DNA of 64,000 nt, taken from the NCBI RefSeq assembly GCF_009914755.1, contig NC_060941.1. One strand, given 5' to 3'. Below the pieces are notes generated by a model. That model saw only the letters and a program-made list of their open reading frames with translations. It did no database searches and was not told the origin of the DNA. Both the position numbers and the translations under genes were made by a program. The first letter of the stretch is position 1. Each line of letters begins with the position of its first letter. The stretch is from the human T2T-CHM13v2.0 reference genome, Homo sapiens. Shown in pieces: positions 56,480 through 64,000 of this stretch.

Positions 56480-57640
56480 CAACTATAAAGCTTCTGCACA
56501 GCAAAGGAAACAATCAACAGAGAGAAAAGACAACCTGCAGAATGGAAGAAAATATTTGCAAATGACTCGCCTGACAGGGAATTTATATCCAGAGTACACA
56601 AGGAACTGAACCATCTGAACAGACAAAAAAAAAAAAAAAAAAAAAAAAAAAGAAAAAAAGAAAAGGATAGAGAAAGAAAAAGGAAAAAACAACAATCCAA
56701 TTTAAAAAATGAGCAAATTATCTGAAAAGATATTTCTAAATAGAAGACACAAAAATGGTCAAAAATATATGAAAACATATTTAACAACATTAATCATCAG
56801 GCAAGTGCAGATCAAAATGGCAATCTCATTCCAGTTAGTATGACTGTTATCAAAAAGAGAAACAAAAACAAATGCTTGTGAGAATGAGGAAAACCATTTC
56901 TAGTACAATTAATATGGAGAATAATATGAAGGTTCCTCAAAAATCTACAAATAGAACTACCATATGATCCAGAATCTCAATTCTGGGAATCTATCCAAAG
57001 GAAAGAAAATCATTATGTCAAAGAAACATCTGTGTCTCCAAGTTTATTGCAGTAGTAGTACAGTCACAGTAGCCAAAACATGGAATCAAACTATATGTCC
57101 AACAATAGCTGAATAAATAAAGAAACTGTGGTATATATACACAATGAAATACCATTCAGCTATAAAAAAGAATGAAATCTTGTCATTTGCACCAACATGG
57201 ATGGAGCTATGGGATGTTATGTTAAATGAAATAAGCCAGGAACAGAAAGTTAAATGTCACAGGTTTCCACTCATATGTGTAAGTTCAAAAACAGTTGATC
57301 TCATAGAAGTAAAAGGTAGAACAGAGGATATTGGAGGCTGAGAAGTGTAGGGGGAAAAGAGAGATATGGGGGGGGATTTGTTAAAAGATATAAAATTACA
57401 ACTAGACAATAAATTCTAGTGTTCTATAACACTGTAGGATGACTATAGTTAACAGGAATATATTATGGAGTTTCCAGCAGCTGGAAGGAGGATATTGAAC
57501 ATTCCCAACATATATTATATATATTATATATATATGTTGAAATATCACTATGTATCACATGAATGAACAATTATTCAATGAATTGTTCACTCATTGAATG
57601 AACAATTATTGTTTGTCAATTTAAAAATAAAATTTAAAAA
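56480..57640 (+). mobile_element. L1MA5-like 5'-truncated element
   Basis: aaagcttctgcacagcaaagg; ORF2 C-terminal peptide (AIKKNEILSFA.TWMEL); 3' UTR gatttgttaaaagatataaaattaca. Confidence 0.85.
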
Positions 57641-59107
57641 GGTCAAACTCAAAAAAAAAAAACCCTGAATTTTAATACAAGATTTTGCACTTACTTGTTG
57701 TGACATTGGGGAAAATACTTAAATTGTAAAATCTCTTAGGTTTAAAAAATTTTGTTGGTTTAGGTGTAGAGTTCAGCAGTGTTTAGTGCATTCACATGGT
57801 TTTGCAACGAGTCTCCATAGCTCTTTTTATCTTGCAGACTTATAATTTGTATTAATTATGAAAATAATAGCATTTACAAGATTTTCTGAGAATTAAAAAT
57901 GATGACATATAAAATACCTAATTCAGAACCTGGCACATAGACACTGTTCAAATGGCAGCTATTTTTGTTTTTCTGTACTTCTGTGATGAGATGATATTGT
58001 TCTCTGAGTGGACCTATCTCAGATATATATCAAATAGAAGTTTTTGTGGTACTTTGCCCAGTGTATTAACAGCAGGTACCTTGCAGATACTCTGTTACAG
58101 TGAATGTATAGATAGCTGCATAGGGAGAAAAGCAGATGGATAAATAAAGGTAAGGTTTTTAAGAATGCTTGAAGCAGATGTCTCAAACCAGTAATGTTGC
58201 CAAAAGAAGGGACCAATGAGAAATACATTAGAAAGCAGGCATATTGCACAGATTTTGGAACTGAAGCATGATGAATGAAAGGGAGTTCTGAAGCCAGGTC
58301 TTATTTTACTATTATATTTCTCACAAAACAAACACATACACAAACAAGATTATTAAATTACAGACATTGAGGAGTTAACCAGTGTCACATAGTAGATTGA
58401 TATTCAAATACAACACAACTACTTATTTCTAGAAAAATCTCACCCCATTGCTGCTTCATCTGATATATTAAGTTTTGTACTATTGAAAAAATTCACAATT
58501 TTGACTGTTTTTTACACATGACTATTAAAGGCATCTAAAAAGAATGTTAATTGGTACCATTTCTTCTCTTCAGAGTATTGAATACAAAGGAAATAGCAAA
58601 CACAAGTAATTAATTCTTCCTCTTCCATTCTTAATAATACCATTGAAATTAAAGCAAAGGAAAAAGCTTTTAGGAAATCTCTTGGCTTAAAATGCTTCAC
58701 AGAACTCCAAATAAGACTTACACATGGGGACTATTCAGCTTCTGCCCAAATTATTTAATTGTATCTTGGGGCCTTAGTGTATTAAAAAATGTAACAAGGA
58801 GGTGGAGATAGATCATAAAATCTGTATTTTAAAGAAATCTCTAGCTCTAAGTAAATGAAGGGAACAGGGAATCAATTACACTTGAGTATGTAATTTGAAT
58901 AAATGAAAATGCCAGAATGACTGAAGCTTATTTATTCAGGATGATAGTACTAGTCTGAGAGTGGGTGACTGCATTTTAATAATATGAATACTGGAGGAGA
59001 ACAAAAAAAAAAGAATAAGAGAGAGAGTGACATAAAATAGAAGTTATACTAAGCTGTAACTATTTTGAAATAAAGAATTGGTATACAGTTACACAAAAGA
59101 CATTATG

Positions 59108-59206
59108 AATGAAAAATTTATGACTCCCTCTCATAGAGTTGAAACAACCTAAAATGAAAAATTTAGGATTGTCTCTGATAGAGTTGAAACAATCTAAAAA
59201 TGAAAA
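59108..59206. repeat. 45-bp tandem duplication (about 2.2 copies)
   Basis: aatgaaaaattta.ga.t..ctct.atagagttgaaacaa.ctaa at 59108 and 59153. Confidence 0.9.
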
Positions 59207-59596
59207 CGTGTCACTTTGTATGTCACTTTTTAAAGAGATATATTTATATATTGACATCATGAACAACGGGTAACAATGCATTATCAAATTAATGGGTTAT
59301 TTCATGTGAAACTGAAAAGTAATTATACCCTTTAATTTTAATTTAATTTTTATTTACACTTCCCAAAATTTGTAGATAAACATCACTGACAATACCTTAA
59401 CATGCACACAAACCCACATGCCCATATATGCACATGCACAGATGCACACACAGTTGCAGGAGGACATTACTGAGTTACAGCAAATGTAGAACTATTACTG
59501 TATTTGAGATAAATTTAGCCCTGGGAATCCTGAAGGCCAAGGTCAAAAGGAAATTTTGAAAAATCACCTGGCTTTCATTGCTTAATAAAAGAAAGC

Positions 59597-60438
59597 TGTG
59601 ATATTGTGATATAATAAGAAATATATTCTTGATCTCCGCCCCCTAGTTTCTGACACAGACCTCCTAGGAACTTTGTAATTTCCTGAGTAATAGGAACATC
59701 TGACACAGAGCTCCTAAATCCCTTGAAATTTCCTGGGTGATAGCCCCTTTTGTTCTAATGAGGTGACTCTTGCTAAGCTCTTGGATTGCCTCAGGATAAA
59801 GGCTGGTTGTCAGGAAAACCAACCACTTGATTAAAGGGTTGGAAATTTTAGCCCCACCCCAAACTCTGAGAAAGAAAGAGAGGCTGAAGTTTGAGATATT
59901 CATCAATGGCCAATGATTTGATTGACCATGCCTACAAAACAGCCTCCATAGAAACGCAAAAGGATTGGGCTTGGGAGCTTCTGGATTGCTAAATGTGGAG
60001 ATTTCTGGAGGGTGGCACACCTGGAGAGGGCATATCACATATTTGGTCCTATGCATCCCTTCACCTGGGTTTTCATTTGTATAATTTTTGATATTCTTTA
60101 TACTAAATAAGTAAATCTATGGAAAATGTTTCCCTACGTTCTCTGAGCCACTCTAGCAAATTAATCGAACCTGAGGAGGAAATCACAGGAACCCCCGATT
60201 TGTGGTTGGTATTACCAGTTGTTAATAAGTATAGGTGACAACCTACTACTTTAAACTGGCATCTGAAGTGGGGGGAGTCTGGTGGGACTGAGCCCTGAAC
60301 CTGTGGAATCTAACGCTATCTCTATGTAGATTGTGTCAGAATGGAATTGAATTAGAGGACACCCAGCTAGTGTCTGCTGTAGAATTGTGTGGCTGTTGTG
60401 TGAGCGTAGGAAAAAACAAAAGTGTTTTTCCCCCCCAT
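59597..60438 (+). mobile_element. MER21-family solo LTR
   Basis: Starts tgtgatattgtgatataataagaaatatat; contains tgacacagagctcctaaatccctt and gaattgaattagaggacacccagct. Confidence 0.8.
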
Positions 60439-60819
60439 ATTCCTATTAGAGGCATCACAGATATTTCCTGGTATAAATTAAATAAAGACATATTAATGTT
60501 ATTGTTATATAAAAGAATTGGAGCAAGATAATAAGCACACTTTTGAAAATGCCTTTGAAACATATATGTTTGACATAAAACTTAAAGGAAAAAAAAGACT
60601 CAGTAAAAAAGTAGTTGGAAAAAAAAGTAATTGGATAATTTTACCCACAGACAGGGAAGGTTGAGTGGTTAGAAATAATGTGACAATAGACCTGAACTAC
60701 AGAGTAACGGATCTGTTTTAGGGAACAATGAAAAGAGTCCTTAATTTACTTTACATACTGAAAGCCGTCTTGTTTTTAAATTATTTTGTAACTTAAGTAT
60801 TTTATTTAAAAACAAAATT

Positions 60820-61231
<412 letters not shown>

Positions 61232-61699
61232 TCAGAGGCTATTCTGCTATGAAACCAAAGTATTTTGGCAATATGCTGTAATTTACAAGGAATTATAGGC
61301 GATAATTCACTAAGGATCAACATGACAGCTGCTACTTTGGGAAGTCTATTATTTTTCTCTTCAATGCCAGGGTGTTTTATGAAGATGCACAGATAGAACT
61401 ATAATAGGACTCTATGATTTAGGTTTGATTTATAATCTTTGGATGTGAATGTTCATTATGTGTTGTCTCTTTTAATGAAATTGCTACCTTTAAACTTAAA
61501 GTACTTATGAAATGGTGTGAAGAAGCCCAGGGAAGGCTAAGGCAAATTTTTAGTAAACACTTTTATAAGTATTAAAGGTATTGTAATGTAGTATCATGGC
61601 AGTAACAATTAAAAGGGAGATTACATGTAAACATATTTTTTTGTATTGGTTCTACCATTTAGAGCTAGAATTTCCTTTATAACATTCCATGTATTCATA

Positions 61700-62350
61700 A
61701 TTATTTTATTCATTCAATAAATATTTATGGAGTATCAAACTCTGTCTACCACTAATGCAGACATCAGGGATATAATTGTGAGTAAAACAGACAAAAATTC
61801 CTATCCACATGAGTCTTTTGTTCCAAAAAGGGAGACATGCAATAAACAAGGCAGAGATGTAAAATATGTTGAGTGATAAATGTAGGTAAATAAAGGAGGG
61901 GTGAGGGATAGGAAGCCTCAGAGTGTGTAGAAAAAAGGCTAACTAAAAAAGTGATATCTAGTCGGGTGCTGGTAATCCCAGCACTTTGGGAGGCTGAGGA
62001 AGGTGGATCGCCTGAGGTCAGGTTCGAGACCAGCTGACCAACATGCAGAAACCCCGTCTCTACTAAAAATACAAAATTAGCTGGGTGTGGTGGTGCATGC
62101 CTCTAATGCCAGCTACTTAGGAGACCGAGGCAGGAGAATCGCTTGAACCCAGGAGGTGGAGGTTGTGGTGAGAAAAGATCGCACCTTTGCTCTCCAGCCT
62201 GGGCAACAAAAGCAAAACTCCATCTCAAAAAAAAAAAAAAAAAAAAAAAAAAGATGTATGTGTGAAAACCTGAAGGAAGTGAAGGAACCAGCCATGCAGA
62301 TATTCAGCAGAAAAGCATTCCAAAGAAAGGAAATAGCAGTGCAGTCTCTC
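61700..62350 (+). mobile_element. L2 terminal remnant split by an Alu (strand tentative)
   Basis: ttcattcaataaatatttatggag...aaaacagacaaaaattcct...aacctgaaggaagtgaagga. Confidence 0.55.
61961..62252 (+). mobile_element. AluS (Sp/Sq-like) with small deletions and a long A-tail
   Basis: Contains cctgaggtcagg.ttcgagacc and ggcaacaaaagcaaaactccatctc, followed by poly-A. Confidence 0.9.
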
Positions 62351-63307
62351 CACTGTACCATACAGAAAGTGCCGTTTTTGTTTTATTTTATTTTTTACAT
62401 GATCCACAATGCCTAACAATGTATCTGGCACAGGTGCTTAGTATGTATTTGTTGAAATAAAAATACTGATATTAATAACGCTTTTCATCTTACTACCTCC
62501 TACTTTTACCTCAATTCAAACACTACATACATAAGGAAGTCTTCACCAACCTCTCTCATTTTGTTAGGTCTTTCATTTTATGCACTCAGAGCAGTGCATG
62601 TACTTTCCTCACAAACATGTATCATAATTAGAAGTGAATTTGATTTGATGAGTGTTTATCAAACTTTCCTAGACATCTGGTTTTACACATCATGATATCC
62701 CTAGTGGCTAGTGCTTGACATATAGCAGATGCCCAATAAATGTCTACTGAACCAATGCATGAAAACAATGTTCTCATGATTTCCTAAATATTTACATCTA
62801 GCTTGCATCCAAATTTACACAGAAAATAGAGGCCAGCTGACTGGAATACTTCATCTGCATAGCGTCTACATCTGTACCCATACTCTTTCTTTCATCTTGC
62901 AAAAGGGAGCTTCCATCCATAGATGCTTCTATGTTACGACAGCAATGATGATGGCAATGATGATGAGTAAAGTTTATTTGGCACTCACAATGTGCCAGGC
63001 TCTTCTCACTTTTTCAGAAAACTTACATGATTTCTCTTACATAATTATGCACTCTCTTAACTCGATTAGCTTTTAAATATTCCCATTTATCTCTCATTAA
63101 AAATCAAATAAAACCCTCAATTAAGCCCACACATTTTTCAGATATTGCCTTATTTATTTCATCCAAAGTTAAATATCTCAAAATAGTTTAAGGAGCTTAG
63201 AGAGTGATCTCCTACTTCTCCAACCTCAATTCTCTTCAATTTGCATCTATCAGAACTGCTCAGTTTAAGTCGCCAATGGCTTTCATCACATTAAAATAAA
63301 TAGCTAT

Positions 63308-64000
63308 TTTTCTTTTTTTTATTATTATTATACTTTAAGTTTTAGGGTACATGTGCACAATGTGCAGGTTAGTTACATAGGTATACATGTGCCATGCTGG
63401 TGTGCTGCACCCATTAACTTGTCATTTAGCATTAGGTATATCTCCTAATGCTATCCCTCCCCACTCCCCCCACCCCACAACAGTCCCCAGAGTGTGATGT
63501 TCCCCTTCCTGTGTCCATGTGTTCTCACTGTTCAATTCCCATCTATGAGTGAGAACATGCAGTGTTTGGTTTTTTGCCCTTGCGATAGTTTACTGAGAAT
63601 GATGATTTCCAATTTCATCCATGTCCCTACAAAGGACATGAACTCATCATTTTTTATGGCTGCATAGTATTCCATGGTGTATATGTGCCACATTTTCTTA
63701 ATCCAGTCTATCATTGTTGGACATTTGGGTTGGTTCCAAGTCTTTGCTATTGTGAATAGTGCCACAATAAACATACGTGTGCATGTGTCTTTATAGTCCT
63801 TTGGGTATATACCCAGTAATGGGATGGCTGGGTCAAATGGTATTTCTAGTTCTAGATCCCTGAGGAATCGCCACACTGACTTCCACAATGGTTGAACTAG
63901 TTTACAGTCCCACTAACAGTGTAAAAGTGTTCCTATTTCTCCACATCCTCTCCAGCACCTGTTGTTTCCTGACTTTTTAATGATTGCCATTCTAACTGGT
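63308..64000 (-). mobile_element. Young primate L1 (L1PA3-5-like): 3' UTR and ORF2 C-terminus; continues beyond the window
   Basis: tatactttaagttttagggtacatgtgcac. ORF 63532-63888 is near-consensus ORF2 end ([19 protein letters not shown]...WIKKMWHIYTMEYYAAIK). Confidence 0.96.

Noticed and set aside
56220-57640. Single inverted (twin-primed) L1
   Set aside because: Each part has its own distinct 3' end (L1MA6-like on minus, L1MA5-like on plus), so these are two insertions.

Overview
AT-rich, repeat-dense, apparently non-coding primate DNA. AluY, young L1PA and an LTR7/HERV-H LTR point to a hominoid, probably human; it looks like a gene desert or a large intron. I see no protein-coding exon, RNA gene, CpG island or CRISPR array. 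The supplied ORFs are L1 ORF2 remnants, Alu/MaLR read-through, microsatellite translations or chance ORFs. Contents: a probable retrocopy 3' UTR (1-1272); about 17 Alu/FLAM copies; L1s from L1MC/MD to L1PA, two with twin-priming inversions; two complete MaLR proviruses (THE1D-like, MSTA-like); many solo LTRs; and L2/MIR relics. I did not find a new biological system and do not claim one. The best signals are: (i) an intact solo LTR7 with the extra ACAAAAGA motif of the pluripotency-active LTR7up type; (ii) a THE1D provirus with a clipped 5' LTR end flanked by a ~115-bp target duplication instead of 5 bp; (iii) one L1 target site apparently used twice; and (iv) several short insertions copied from DNA 1-2.4 kb away, two of them in the same MSTA provirus. 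Subfamily names come from my recollection of consensus sequences and need RepeatMasker/Dfam confirmation. Boundaries of old repeats are approximate.
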